64,000 nt of DNA from an uncultured Actinomycetota bacterium (GCA_963781695.1 CAWAGE010000001.1:79127-143126); one strand, 5' to 3'. Positions 8,423-18,081 are shown, counted from the stretch's first letter. The notes: a model not told the origin generated them from the sequence alone. Program-made: numbers and translations.

Positions 8423-8716
8423 TCAGCGCGAGAGGGTGGAGCGGACCACGGCCAGCGCCGCGAACACCACCAGGCCGGTCAGCGCCATAACGCCCAGCAG
8501 CAGCCGACCGAGCACCAGCGCCACCAGGAGCAGGCCCACGCAGACCATCGCCATCGACGTGCTGGACCGGGCCGCGGCGGCGTGCCGGCGGCGTCGCGCG
8601 GCGGGCGACCGGTCGCGGACCCGTGACCGGGCACCGATCCGGTCGAGGCCGGCCAGCAGTGTCCCCAGTGCGAGCACGGGGAGCACCATCAGCGCGAGGG
8701 TGTCGAGGTCCGGCAT
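8423..8716 (-). CDS. small hypothetical membrane protein
   Basis: 97 aa with hydrophobic N- and C-terminal segments; lies 4 nt after the tag stop on the same strand. Confidence 0.55.
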   Translation of the reverse strand: MPDLDTLALMVLPVLALGTLLAGLDRIGARSRVRDRSPAARRRRHAAAARSSTSMAMVCVGLLLVALVLGRLLLGVMALTGLVVFAALAVVRSTLSR

Positions 8717-8720
8717 CGGG

Positions 8721-9305
8721 TCAGCCCCACACCCCGGAGCTGCCGCGGCGGTGGCTACCCACGAGATGGGTGTCCACGATGCCCACCGCCTCCATCAGCG
8801 CGAACATCGTGGTGGGGCCGACGAAGCGGAAGCCGGCGGCGCGCAGCGCCTTCGCCAGCGCCACGGACTCCGGCGAGGACGTCGGCACCTCGTCGGCGGC
8901 TGCCGGGACGGGGGTGCTCGCCGGGCGGAACGACCACACCAGGTCGACGAGGCCGCCGTCGCCTCGCAGCGCGACCGTGGCGCGGGCATTGGCGATCGTG
9001 GCCTCGATCTTGCGCCGGTTCCTGACGATCCCGGCGTCGGCCAGCAGCCGGAGCACGTCGGGCTCGGTGTAGCCGGCCACGGTGTCGGGGTCGAACCCGG
9101 CGAAGGCCGCCCGGAACCCGGGCCGCTTGCGCAGGATCGTGACCCACGACAGCCCGGACTGGAACGCCTCCAGGCTGATCCGCTCGAACATGCCGCGCTC
9201 GTCGCGGACCGGCAGCCCCCACTCGGTGTCGTAGTAGGTCGCCAGCAGCGGGTCGGCAGCCGCCCAGGCCGGGCGCGCCAGCCCGTCTGGTCCGGTCACC
9301 GTCAC
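8721..9305 (-). CDS. tag: DNA-3-methyladenine glycosylase I
   Basis: YYDTEWG, LEAFQSGLSW, IVRNRRKI, FVGPTT. Confidence 0.93.
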   Translation of the reverse strand: MTVTGPDGLARPAWAAADPLLATYYDTEWGLPVRDERGMFERISLEAFQSGLSWVTILRKRPGFRAAFAGFDPDTVAGYTEPDVLRLLADAGIVRNRRKIEATIANARATVALRGDGGLVDLVWSFRPASTPVPAAADEVPTSSPESVALAKALRAAGFRFVGPTTMFALMEAVGIVDTHLVGSHRRGSSGVWG

Positions 9306-9311
9306 GGCACC

Positions 9312-9321
9312 AGCCTACGAT
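9312..9321. promoter_or_regulatory. overlapping divergent -10 boxes for leaderless tag and FGE genes
   Basis: TAGGCT (minus, 9312-9317) is 6 nt before GTG 9305; TACGAT (plus, 9316-9321) is 7 nt before ATG 9329; neither gene has an SD. Confidence 0.65.
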
Positions 9322-9328
9322 CGCGGCC

Positions 9329-10309
9329 ATGGAGGCTCACGCGTGCTGCGCCCCGGCCCGGCGGTCCGGCCCGGCGGACGCGCCCCCGGCGCCGCCCCCG
9401 GAGCCGCCGCAGCAGCCGACCGGGGCGTCCCGCCAGCGCCGTCCCCGCGGCCAGGTGACGGTGCCCGCCGGCACCTTCGCGATGGGCGACGCGTTCGCGG
9501 AGGGCTACCCCGCGGACGGGGAGACCCCGGTGCACCAGGTCCGGCTGGAGGCGTTCCGGATCGACGCGACCGCGGTGACCAACGCCGCGTTCGCGACGTT
9601 CGTCAAGGAGACCGGGCACCTCACCGGTGCCGAGGTGTTCGGGGTGTCCGCCGTCTTCCACCTCGCCTTCGCCGCCAACCCCGACCGGCGCGACCGCGAC
9701 GTGCTCAACCGCGCGGACCGGACGCCGTGGTGGCTGGCGGTGCGCGGTGCCGACTGGCGCTCCCCCGAGGGCCCCGGCTCCGACGTCTCGACCCGGCAGA
9801 ACCACCCGGTCGTGCACGTGTCCTGGGACGACGCGACGGCGTACGCCGCGTGGGCGGGCAAGCGGCTGCCCACCGAGGCGGAGTGGGAGTACGCCGCCCG
9901 CGGCGGCCTGGCGGGGCGGCGGTTCGCCTGGGGCGACGAGCTGACCCCGCGGCAGCGGTGGATGTGCAACATCTGGCAGGGCGAGTTCCCGACGTCGAAC
10001 ACCGCCGAGGACGGCCACCTGACGACGGCGCCGGTGAAGAGCTACGCCGCCAACGGCTACGGGCTGTGGTGCACCGCCGGCAACGTCTGGGAGTGGTGCG
10101 CCGACTGGTTCGACGCCGGCGCCTACGCGGCCTCGCCGCGGCAGGACCCGCGCGGCCCCGACCGGGGCGAGCAGCGCGTGATGCGCGGCGGCTCCTACCT
10201 GTGCCACCGCTCCTACTGCCATCGCTACCGGGTCGCGGCGCGGTCGAGCAACACCCCGGAGTCCACGGCCGGCAACATCGGCTTCCGCTGCGCGGGTCCG
10301 GCGGGCTGA
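9329..10309 (+). CDS. formylglycine-generating enzyme (SUMF1/FGE family)
   Basis: RLPTEAEWEYAARGG, GNVWEW, RGGSYLCHRSYCHRYR (both catalytic Cys present). Confidence 0.9.
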   Translation: MEAHACCAPARRSGPADAPPAPPPEPPQQPTGASRQRRPRGQVTVPAGTFAMGDAFAEGYPADGETPVHQVRLEAFRIDATAVTNAAFATFVKETGHLTGAEVFGVSAVFHLAFAANPDRRDRDVLNRADRTPWWLAVRGADWRSPEGPGSDVSTRQNHPVVHVSWDDATAYAAWAGKRLPTEAEWEYAARGGLAGRRFAWGDELTPRQRWMCNIWQGEFPTSNTAEDGHLTTAPVKSYAANGYGLWCTAGNVWEWCADWFDAGAYAASPRQDPRGPDRGEQRVMRGGSYLCHRSYCHRYRVAARSSNTPESTAGNIGFRCAGPAG

Positions 10310-10356
10310 GCCGACCGGGGTCGCCGGTGCCGGCGGCGACCTCCTAGGCTCGGGGC

Positions 10357-10749
10357 GTGCCCCGGGTCCGCGAGCTCACCGACGACCTGCTCGCGTTCTG
10401 GCGCGAGCGCCACCTGTGCACGGTGACGACGCTGCGGCGCGACGGCTCGCCGCACGTCGTGCCGATGGGGATCGTGCTGGCGCCCGAGGACGGGCTGGCG
10501 TGGGGGATCACCTCGCGGACGTCGCAGAAGGTGGCGAACCTGCAAGCCGGCACCGACGCCCGGGTGGCGGTCTGCCAGGTCGACGGTCGCCGCTGGTCCA
10601 CCGTCGAGGGGGTCGCCGAGGTCCGCGCCGACGAGGGGTCCGTGCGCGAGGCCGTCGAGCGCTACGCCGGGCGATACCGTCAGCCGCGGGAGAACCCCGA
10701 TCGGGTGGCGCTCCGCATCACGGTCACGTCCGTCATCGGCAACGTCTGA
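10357..10749 (+). CDS. PPOX-class F420-dependent oxidoreductase
   Basis: TLRRDGSPHVVP, QKVANL, WSTVEG; leaderless TAGGCT 6 nt upstream. Confidence 0.85.
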   Translation: MPRVRELTDDLLAFWRERHLCTVTTLRRDGSPHVVPMGIVLAPEDGLAWGITSRTSQKVANLQAGTDARVAVCQVDGRRWSTVEGVAEVRADEGSVREAVERYAGRYRQPRENPDRVALRITVTSVIGNV

Positions 10750-10758
10750 GAGAGGCCC

Positions 10759-12972
10759 ATGCAGCGGCACTTCCGGCTCGACACCAACCCCGGCGCCCTC
10801 CCTGCCAACGTGGTGGCAGGCGACCGCTACCGCATCAGCGTCCTGGACTCCGGCCTGGTGCGCCTCGAGTACAGCGAGAGCGGTCGCTTCGAGGACCGCG
10901 CCTCCCAGCTCGCGGTCGACCGGGCCTTCCCAGCAGCCGACTTCACGGTCCACGAGAGCGACGACGTGCTCGAGATCCACACCGACCGGCTGCACCTGGT
11001 CTACGACAAGGGCCCGTTCACCACGCACGGGCTGTCGGTGCAGGCCAAGGGCGGCTACCACTCCCACGGCTCGGTGTGGCGCTACGGCCTGACCTCCCCG
11101 AACCTCGGCGGCACCGCCCGCACCCTCGACGACGTCGACGGCGCCATGCCCCTGGAGCCCGGGATCCTCGCCTTCGACGGGGTGGCGATGGTCGACGACT
11201 CCGCGACCGTGCTGCTCGGCGACGACGGCTGGATCGACTCGCGGACTCCCGGCAACCTCGACCTGTACGTCTTCGCCTACGGGCACGACTACCGGGGCGC
11301 CCTGCGCGCGCTGTTCCGGCTCGCCGGCCCCGCGCCGCTGCTGCCGCGCTACGCCCTGGGCAACTGGTGGAGCCGGTACTACGCCTACTCCGGCCAGGAG
11401 TACCTCGACCTGCTCGACCGATTCCGCGAGCACCGGGTGCCGCTGTCGGTGGCGGTGCTGGACATGGACTGGCACTGGGTCGACATCGACCCCGCGTACG
11501 GCAGCGGGTGGACCGGCTACACCTGGAACACCGAGCTCTTCCCGGACCCGGCGGCATTCCTGGCCGAGCTGCACCGACGCGGTCTCGCGGTGTCGCTCAA
11601 CGTCCACCCGGCCGAGGGAGTGCACGCCCACGAGGCGGCGTACCCGGCGATCGCGAAGCGCACCGGGCACGACCCCGACGAGAGGCTGCCGGTGGGCTTC
11701 GACCCGACCGACCCGGCATTCCTGGAGGCCTACCTCGAGGAGCTGCACCACCCGCTCGAGGACGAGGGGGTCGACTTCTGGTGGCTGGACTGGCAGCAGG
11801 GCGGGGTCACCAAGGTGCCGGGCCTGGACCCGCTGTGGCTGCTCAACCACTTCCACTACCTCGACTCCGGTCGTGCCGGGCGGCGGCCGCTGACGTTCTC
11901 CCGGTACGCCGGGCTCGGCAGCCACCGCTACCCGGTCGGGTTCTCCGGGGACACCCTCATCAGCTGGGAGTCGCTGGACTTCCAGCCCTACTTCACCGCC
12001 ACCGCCTCCAACGCCGGCTACGGCTGGTGGAGCCACGACATCGGCGGTCACTTCCGTGGCCGGCGCGACGAGGAGCTCACCACCCGCTGGGTGCAGCTCG
12101 GGGTGTTCTCGCCGATCCTGCGGCTGCACTCGGGGAACAACCCGTTCATCGCGAAGGAGCCGTGGCGGTTCTCCCCGGCGGCGGAGCGGGTGCTGACCGA
12201 CCAGCTGCGGCTGCGGCACCGGCTGCTGCCGTACCTCGCGACCATGAACGTGCGCGCCCACCTGGACGGCGCCCCGCTGGTCTCCCCGATGTACTACGAC
12301 CACCCCGAGGAGCCGGCGGCCTACACCGAGCGGAACCAGTTCATGTTCGGCACCGAGCTCCTGGTCGCCCCGATCACCTCACCGGCCGACCCGACCACGG
12401 GTCTCGGCCGGGTCCGCGCCTGGCTGCCCGAGGGCACCTGGCACGACCTGTTCACCGGTGTCGCCTACACCGGGGGGCGCACCGTCCACCTGCACCGCGA
12501 CCTCTCCTCGATCCCGGTGCTGGCGCGGGCCGGAGCGATCGTGCCGATGATCCCCGACGACGAGGTCACCGACGGGACGGAGCTCCCCACGGTCGTGGAG
12601 CTGCGCGTGTTCCCGGGCGCGAACGGCGAGCTGACCCTGGTCGAGGACCGGGACGACGGCCGGTGGGCCCGCACCCGGGTGACCTACGACGACGCCACCG
12701 GGCAGGTGCAGGTCCACGACGCGACCGGCGAGGCCGGCACGCTCCCGGCGGACCGCAGCTATCGCGTCGTGGTCGCTGCCCCGGCCGAGGACCTCGACCG
12801 GCGGGTCTTCGACCTGCTCGACCGGGCCGGCATCGACCACGAGCTCAAGGCCCGGGCCCTGGAGACGGTGCGCACCGCCCATGGTCCCGGTCCCGCTGTG
12901 CTGGCGCTCCAGGCCCTCGACCTGCCGACCTACCTGCTGGGCGCGCTGAGCGAGCAGCTGCTGGCCCGCTGA
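10759..12972 (+). CDS. glycoside hydrolase family 31
   Basis: VAVLDMDWH, DFWWLDWQQG nucleophile region, WSHDIGG, LRLHS. Confidence 0.88.
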   Translation: MQRHFRLDTNPGALPANVVAGDRYRISVLDSGLVRLEYSESGRFEDRASQLAVDRAFPAADFTVHESDDVLEIHTDRLHLVYDKGPFTTHGLSVQAKGGYHSHGSVWRYGLTSPNLGGTARTLDDVDGAMPLEPGILAFDGVAMVDDSATVLLGDDGWIDSRTPGNLDLYVFAYGHDYRGALRALFRLAGPAPLLPRYALGNWWSRYYAYSGQEYLDLLDRFREHRVPLSVAVLDMDWHWVDIDPAYGSGWTGYTWNTELFPDPAAFLAELHRRGLAVSLNVHPAEGVHAHEAAYPAIAKRTGHDPDERLPVGFDPTDPAFLEAYLEELHHPLEDEGVDFWWLDWQQGGVTKVPGLDPLWLLNHFHYLDSGRAGRRPLTFSRYAGLGSHRYPVGFSGDTLISWESLDFQPYFTATASNAGYGWWSHDIGGHFRGRRDEELTTRWVQLGVFSPILRLHSGNNPFIAKEPWRFSPAAERVLTDQLRLRHRLLPYLATMNVRAHLDGAPLVSPMYYDHPEEPAAYTERNQFMFGTELLVAPITSPADPTTGLGRVRAWLPEGTWHDLFTGVAYTGGRTVHLHRDLSSIPVLARAGAIVPMIPDDEVTDGTELPTVVELRVFPGANGELTLVEDRDDGRWARTRVTYDDATGQVQVHDATGEAGTLPADRSYRVVVAAPAEDLDRRVFDLLDRAGIDHELKARALETVRTAHGPGPAVLALQALDLPTYLLGALSEQLLAR

Positions 12973-12991
12973 CGCCAGCGCGGCCGGGCGA

Positions 12992-14008
12992 TCAGGCTCG
13001 GGCCCGGCCTCCGGGGTCGTCACTCAACCCGACGTCCGCGAGCACCTGCGCCCAGAGCAGCCGGACGTCCCTGTCTGCCGCGCGGGTGGTCGGCAGGTAG
13101 TGCTCGGGCCGGGGTGCGCGGTCGTGCCAGAGCTGTCCGCCACCGGGCGCCGGGGTGGTCGCGGCCAGCCAGACCACGGTGTCGGCGCCCTGCTCGGGCG
13201 AGCGCAGCACCGGGCCGACCAGCCGGTGGAACCCCGGCATCGAGGTCGCGATCCCCGGGGTGTCGGCCCAGCCGGGGTGCATCACGTGCACTGCGACGCC
13301 GTCCGCGGCCCAGCGCTCCTGCATCAGCGGGGTCAGCGACACCTGCATCCGCTTGGTCCGGGCGTAGGCGCGGGTGCCGTCGTAGCCGCCCTGCTCGAAC
13401 TCGGGGTCGGAGACGGGCAGCCGTTGGGTGTACATGCCGCCGGAGGAGACCAGCACCACCCGGGCCCCCTGCGCGGCGGCCAGCAGCGGCCGCAGGCGCT
13501 CGGTCATCAGCACGGGGCCGAGCACGTGGGTCGCCAGGCTCAGCTCGTGCCCGTCGGGGCTCTCGGTCCGCTGCGGCGGCATCACCCCGGCGTTGTGGAC
13601 GAGCACGTCGACCCGGTCCACCGGACGGCCACCGGAGCTGATCCCGGTTCCGCGCAGGGCGTCGGTGAAGGACCGCACCGAGGACAGGTCGGAGAGGTCG
13701 CAGTGGTCCAGGACGAGATCGGCCGCGGGCACCTCCGCGTGGATCGCCGCCACCGCCCGGCGGCCCTTGGCCCGGTCCCGGACGACGAGGTGCACCCGGG
13801 CGCCGAGTCGGGCCAGCCCGGTCGCGGTGGCGAGTCCCAGCCCCGAGCCCGCCCCGGTGACCAGCGCCACCCGGCCAACCAGCGATCCGGGTGCCGGGTC
13901 GTCCTCGTCCCAGCCGCGCCGCCGCAGCCGGTAGCCGACCGCGCTGTAGCCCGGCACCACGGCCCGGTCGAGCGCGGCGTCGAGCAGCCGCCCGAGCCGC
14001 CCGGTCAC
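12992..14008 (-). CDS. SDR-family oxidoreductase (DHRS12-like)
   Basis: TGAGSGLG, HNAG, YARTK, HPGWADTPG. GTG 14008 overlaps the upstream stop; the ORF track over-extends the N-terminus. Confidence 0.85.
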   Translation of the reverse strand: MTGRLGRLLDAALDRAVVPGYSAVGYRLRRRGWDEDDPAPGSLVGRVALVTGAGSGLGLATATGLARLGARVHLVVRDRAKGRRAVAAIHAEVPAADLVLDHCDLSDLSSVRSFTDALRGTGISSGGRPVDRVDVLVHNAGVMPPQRTESPDGHELSLATHVLGPVLMTERLRPLLAAAQGARVVLVSSGGMYTQRLPVSDPEFEQGGYDGTRAYARTKRMQVSLTPLMQERWAADGVAVHVMHPGWADTPGIATSMPGFHRLVGPVLRSPEQGADTVVWLAATTPAPGGGQLWHDRAPRPEHYLPTTRAADRDVRLLWAQVLADVGLSDDPGGRARA

Positions 14009-15279
14009 CCGGTCCTCCCCCGGTCGGCCCCCAGGTCGGCGAGCACCGCGGCCGCGGCCCGGCGTCCCGACACCAGAGCACCCTGGATCGAGCTGGTGTC
14101 GCGGTGGTCGCCGGCGACGTAGACGCGCCCGTCGGTCGCGCCCAGTCGCACCGGGCGGCGGGCAGGGTGCGGCGCGGGCATCCCCGGAAGCGCGCGCGGC
14201 AGCTCGTAGCAGGCCACCGCCTCCCACGAGGAGGTGCTGGTCCGGTGCAGCCGGGCCAGCGCCGACCGCACCTCGGGCCCGTCCGGGGCGGGCACCTCCC
14301 CGCCGTGGACCAGTGAGGTGGCCACCAGCACGCGCCCGTCGGGGGCGTACTCCGGCGCCGCCAGCGAGATCGCGATGGTGTTCGCAACCGGCGACGCATC
14401 CGAGTCCAGGATCAGCGTGCCGCTGCCCCCGGGCAGCTGTGTCGCGGCGTGGTAGACCGTCGTGACGCCGCGAGGCGGCGGTGCGGACTGGTCGCCGGCG
14501 GCGCCTAGGAGGTCGTGCGCGGTCCAGGCGTCGGTGGCCACGACCACGGCTCGGGCGGTCAGGGTCCGGTCCGCGGACTCCACGCGGTCGGGGCGGACCC
14601 GGTGGACCGGGCACGAGAGCCGTACCGTCCCGGTCGGCAGGGGCGCGGCCACCGCCTCGGGCAGCCGCTGCATCCCGCCGGCGGGCACCGTCGAGCGGCC
14701 GCGGACGAACATCCGCATCATCAGGTCGGTGAACCGCCGCGAGCTGGTCATCCCCTGCTCCAGCAGGACACCTGCGAAGAACGGTCGGAGCAGTCCGTTG
14801 ACGACGTCGGGCGGGATCCCGGCGCGCCGCCAGGCCTCCGCCGCGGTCACGTCGGGCCGCCGCTTGAGGGTCGCTGCCGGCTCGGCGACGCAGCGGGCCG
14901 CGTACGCCGCGAACGCGAGCTTGCCGCGCACGCCGCCGACGGGCAGCCGGAGCCCGGCGACGAGACCCCGTGGGTCGGTCAGCGGGTTCGCCAGCCTGAC
15001 CTGCTCGCCGTCGATCTGCAGCACCACCCCGGCGTCGAAGGCCCGCAGCGCCAGGGCGTCGAGGTCGACCACGCGCGGCAGCTCGGGGTAGCCGGTGTTC
15101 AGCACCTGGAAGCCGCGGTCCAGGGTGAACCCGTCGACCCGGTCCGTGCGCACCCGGCCGCCGACGGCGTCGCCGGCCTCGAGCACCGCCACCCGCAGCC
15201 CGGAGGGTGCCAGCGCCCGGGCGCACGCCAGCCCGGCGAGCCCGGCGCCCACCACGACCACGTCGGTCTGCTCGCTCAC
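14005..15279 (-). CDS. flavin-dependent oxidoreductase (amine oxidase / phytoene desaturase-like)
   Basis: VVVVGAGLAGL, VGGRVRTD, LDRGFQV, AGDHRDTSSIQGALVSG. Confidence 0.85.
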   Translation of the reverse strand: MSEQTDVVVVGAGLAGLACARALAPSGLRVAVLEAGDAVGGRVRTDRVDGFTLDRGFQVLNTGYPELPRVVDLDALALRAFDAGVVLQIDGEQVRLANPLTDPRGLVAGLRLPVGGVRGKLAFAAYAARCVAEPAATLKRRPDVTAAEAWRRAGIPPDVVNGLLRPFFAGVLLEQGMTSSRRFTDLMMRMFVRGRSTVPAGGMQRLPEAVAAPLPTGTVRLSCPVHRVRPDRVESADRTLTARAVVVATDAWTAHDLLGAAGDQSAPPPRGVTTVYHAATQLPGGSGTLILDSDASPVANTIAISLAAPEYAPDGRVLVATSLVHGGEVPAPDGPEVRSALARLHRTSTSSWEAVACYELPRALPGMPAPHPARRPVRLGATDGRVYVAGDHRDTSSIQGALVSGRRAAAAVLADLGADRGRTG

Positions 15280-16046
15280 CCGATGTCCTCGGCCGAGGGC
15301 GGCTGGCCGTCGTGCGCCTTGCGGAACAGCGGCGGCAGGTAGCGGATCATCAGCGTGGACCAGGTCAGGTGCGTGAGAAGCGGCGCCTGCAGCCCGCCCG
15401 AGGCGCGCCGCTGCAGGGCGAACAGGCCACCCATGACCGTGGCCGCCAGCACCAGGGACGGGTTCCGGGTGGCCACCGTGGTGGCGACGTAGACGCCGGT
15501 CGAGCCGAGCACCGCCCGGTCGTGGGGCAGCGCGGCGTACATCGCTCCGCGGAAGAAGACCTCCTCGCCCAGCCCGTTCGCGCAGGTGCTGAGCAGCACC
15601 AGCGGGCCGCTGCCCTGCTCCGCGAAGGCCAGCACGCGCCCGATGGCCCGGTCGAGGAACGGGATGCGGCGGGCGACCAGCGCGCAGCCGTAGAAGAACG
15701 TGAAGGCGGCGGCGCCCGTGGCGACCGGGACCACCGCCGGCCGCCGGAGCCGCTGGTCACGGCTCTCGATCCAGCCGAGGTGCAGCGGGCCGGAGAGCAC
15801 GCCGCCGACGACCCAGGTGCCGGCGGTGGCGAGAGTGGTCACGTAGAAGCGGGTGGAGCCGGGACGGGCCGACAGCGAGACGCCGAGCAGTCCGGCGCCG
15901 AGCAGGCTGGTGCCCCCCACGACCCAGCGGCGACGTCGCACGACGGCCGCAGACTCCTGGTGCCGCACCGGCACGACATGCGTGATGGGCATCGGCAACC
16001 AGGCCTCGACCGTCGTCCGCAGCCGGTGCCACGCCCTCTCGCTCAT
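15276..16046 (-). CDS. CPBP/Abi-family intramembrane glutamic endopeptidase (paralog of 7632-8333)
   Basis: GEEVFFRG and THLTWS motifs. Confidence 0.85.
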   Translation of the reverse strand: MSERAWHRLRTTVEAWLPMPITHVVPVRHQESAAVVRRRRWVVGGTSLLGAGLLGVSLSARPGSTRFYVTTLATAGTWVVGGVLSGPLHLGWIESRDQRLRRPAVVPVATGAAAFTFFYGCALVARRIPFLDRAIGRVLAFAEQGSGPLVLLSTCANGLGEEVFFRGAMYAALPHDRAVLGSTGVYVATTVATRNPSLVLAATVMGGLFALQRRASGGLQAPLLTHLTWSTLMIRYLPPLFRKAHDGQPPSAEDIG

Positions 16047-16948
16047 CGCTCGGACCGCTCCGCCGCCTCGTGCTCCCGCAGGGCCAGCCGCACCGCCTCG
16101 TCGTACCCCATCGGCTCGAACGGCACCAGCTGCCGGATGCGGTCGTCGCTGACCACGACCTCGTTGGACATCGAGTCGATGAGCGACCGGCCGGCCTGGG
16201 TGTCCACGTCGGTGACCAGGCTGAGCCAGCGCGCCGAGAGCCGGGGGGTGAGCAGCGGGACGGGCACGATCACCAGTCGGCGCCCCTTGATCCGCGCCAC
16301 CCGCTCGAGCATGGAGGTGTACTTCAGCACCTCGGTCCCACCGACCTCGTAGACCTGGCCGAGGGCCTCGGTGCGGCCCAGCACCCCGACGAGGTAGCGG
16401 ACCACGTCGTCGACGGCGATCGGCTGGGTTCGGGTCCGCACCCAGCGGGGACAGATCATGGCGGGCAGGTGCTCGACGAGCTGACGGGTGATCTCCCAGG
16501 AGATGCCGCCCGCGCCGACCAGGATCGCGGCCCGCAGCACGGTGACGGGCACGCCGTCCTGGCCCAGCAGGGCCTCCACCTCCCGACGGCTGCGCAGGTG
16601 ACGGGACAGGTCGTCGCTCTCGCTGCCCAGCCCGCCGAGGTAGACGATCTGCTCCAGGCCCGCCTCCGCCGCCGCCCGGGAGAAGGCCTGCGCGGCCTCA
16701 CGGTCCAGCCGCTCGAAGTCCTTCGAGCCCAGGGCGTGGACGAGGTAGTACGCGGCACCGCAGCCGGCCAGCGCCTCCGTCAGCGTGGCGGGGTCGTTCA
16801 CGTCGCCGTACACCGCCGTGCCGGCCCCCTCGTAGGTGTCCGGGTGACGCGTCATGGCGCGCACCTCGTGACCGGCCTCGGTCAGGGCGGCGCACAGCCG
16901 GCCACCGACGAAGCCGGACGCGCCGGCGACCAGCACGGGACGGTTCAC
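16043..16948 (-). CDS. NAD(P)-binding protein, YbjT-like extended SDR
   Basis: VLVAGASGFVG, YYLVH, SRHLRSR, QPIAVDDV. GTG 16948 overlaps the FHA-gene stop. Confidence 0.85.
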   Translation of the reverse strand: MNRPVLVAGASGFVGGRLCAALTEAGHEVRAMTRHPDTYEGAGTAVYGDVNDPATLTEALAGCGAAYYLVHALGSKDFERLDREAAQAFSRAAAEAGLEQIVYLGGLGSESDDLSRHLRSRREVEALLGQDGVPVTVLRAAILVGAGGISWEITRQLVEHLPAMICPRWVRTRTQPIAVDDVVRYLVGVLGRTEALGQVYEVGGTEVLKYTSMLERVARIKGRRLVIVPVPLLTPRLSARWLSLVTDVDTQAGRSLIDSMSNEVVVSDDRIRQLVPFEPMGYDEAVRLALREHEAAERSER

Positions 16949-17841
16949 GGGCTCTCCTCGGGTCTGCCCGCCGCCGAGGTGGACCACGACGACCGGGACG
17001 GGCGGGGCGGCTGCGGCCGCTGCCGACCCAGCTCGCCCCCGACACGACCGCCGAAGGGACGGCCGTGGTCTGCATACTCCTCGCGGAAGAAGCTCATCGT
17101 CCAGGACCCCAGCTGCACGCGGGAGGCCGTCCGCAGCAGCGCGGTCTCCACCGGGCCGCCGTTGACCCTCGTGTCGCCGACCCGGCTCATGCGCTCCAGC
17201 ACGAACTCGTCCTGCTCGTCGTGGACGACCCGCGCGTGCAGCTCCTCCAGGCCAGGGAGCCGGATGTCGCACTCGACTCCGCTGCCGATCGTGATGACCT
17301 CCCCTCGCAGCGCGAACACCTCCTGGGTGTCGCCGGGCCAGGGGTCCGGTCGTGGCGCCATCACCAGGCGGGGGTTCCCGCCGCGGTTCGGGTCATGCGT
17401 CGTGGTCACGGCCCGCGGACGGCGCAGCAGCGTGGGCAGCGGCGGCCAGAGCGTCGGCGGGGGGGCGAGCCCTGCGGCAGGGAGGGCACCGGCCGTCGCC
17501 CGTGCCCTCCCCCGGGCCAGCGCCCACAGTCCCCCCACGCGCTCGACGCGGATGTGGCGTGACCCAGTCACCCGGCGCTGCCACCAGGGGCAGCGCCGGG
17601 CACCGAGGGTGACCGCGGGGCCGGAGGGCAGAACCAGCCGCACGGTCACGTCATGCGCGGCCAGGACGGCAGCCAGCTGGCGCACCATCCCCGTGTCGCT
17701 TCGGCCGGCCAGCAGCCCGGGGTCGCTCACCTCGAGGTCGAGGGCGCTCTCCGAGCCGCTGAGCCGGCCCTCCACGGTCTCTCCACCCGCCAGAGAGACC
17801 GTGAAGGAGAGGTCGGCCGCGACGACCGTCTCGAGCGACAT
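16945..17841 (-). CDS. FHA-like domain protein with an uncharacterised N-terminal domain
   Basis: C-terminal ITIGS..CDIRL..LHARV..TRVNG..LRTASRVQLG FHA pattern. Confidence 0.75.
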   Translation of the reverse strand: MSLETVVAADLSFTVSLAGGETVEGRLSGSESALDLEVSDPGLLAGRSDTGMVRQLAAVLAAHDVTVRLVLPSGPAVTLGARRCPWWQRRVTGSRHIRVERVGGLWALARGRARATAGALPAAGLAPPPTLWPPLPTLLRRPRAVTTTHDPNRGGNPRLVMAPRPDPWPGDTQEVFALRGEVITIGSGVECDIRLPGLEELHARVVHDEQDEFVLERMSRVGDTRVNGGPVETALLRTASRVQLGSWTMSFFREEYADHGRPFGGRVGGELGRQRPQPPRPSRSSWSTSAAGRPEESP

Positions 17842-17844
17842 GAC

Positions 17845-18081
17845 TCACTCCCCCGCGGGGGTGGAGGCGTTGTCGCGCGTCGTCACCTGGAGCGTGCCGT
17901 TGAGCTTCCAGGTGGCGCGCGGCGCCTCTGCGCCGGTGTCGCGGGGAACCTCGACGGCCATGTCGATGAACCGGTAGTTGATGGCGGCCTGGCGCCCGGT
18001 CAGGAACGACCACATCTCGCGGCCGAGGTCGGTCCAGTCCACGACCTCGTCGGTGCGGTGCTGCAGGGGTGTCTCGCTCAT
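17845..18081 (-). CDS. small hypothetical protein (78 aa), first gene of the operon
   Basis: RBS GAGAGG before ATG 18081; protein-like sequence WTDLGREMWSFLTGR..WKLNGTLQVTT; 3-nt gap to the next gene. Confidence 0.75.
   Translation of the reverse strand: MSETPLQHRTDEVVDWTDLGREMWSFLTGRQAAINYRFIDMAVEVPRDTGAEAPRATWKLNGTLQVTTRDNASTPAGE

Noticed and set aside
5892-13100. Long alternative-frame ORFs (e.g. 5892-8378 +, 10416-13100 +, 10225-12303 -)
   Set aside because: Shadow ORFs of real genes in high-GC DNA; Arg/Gly/Pro-rich with no motifs.
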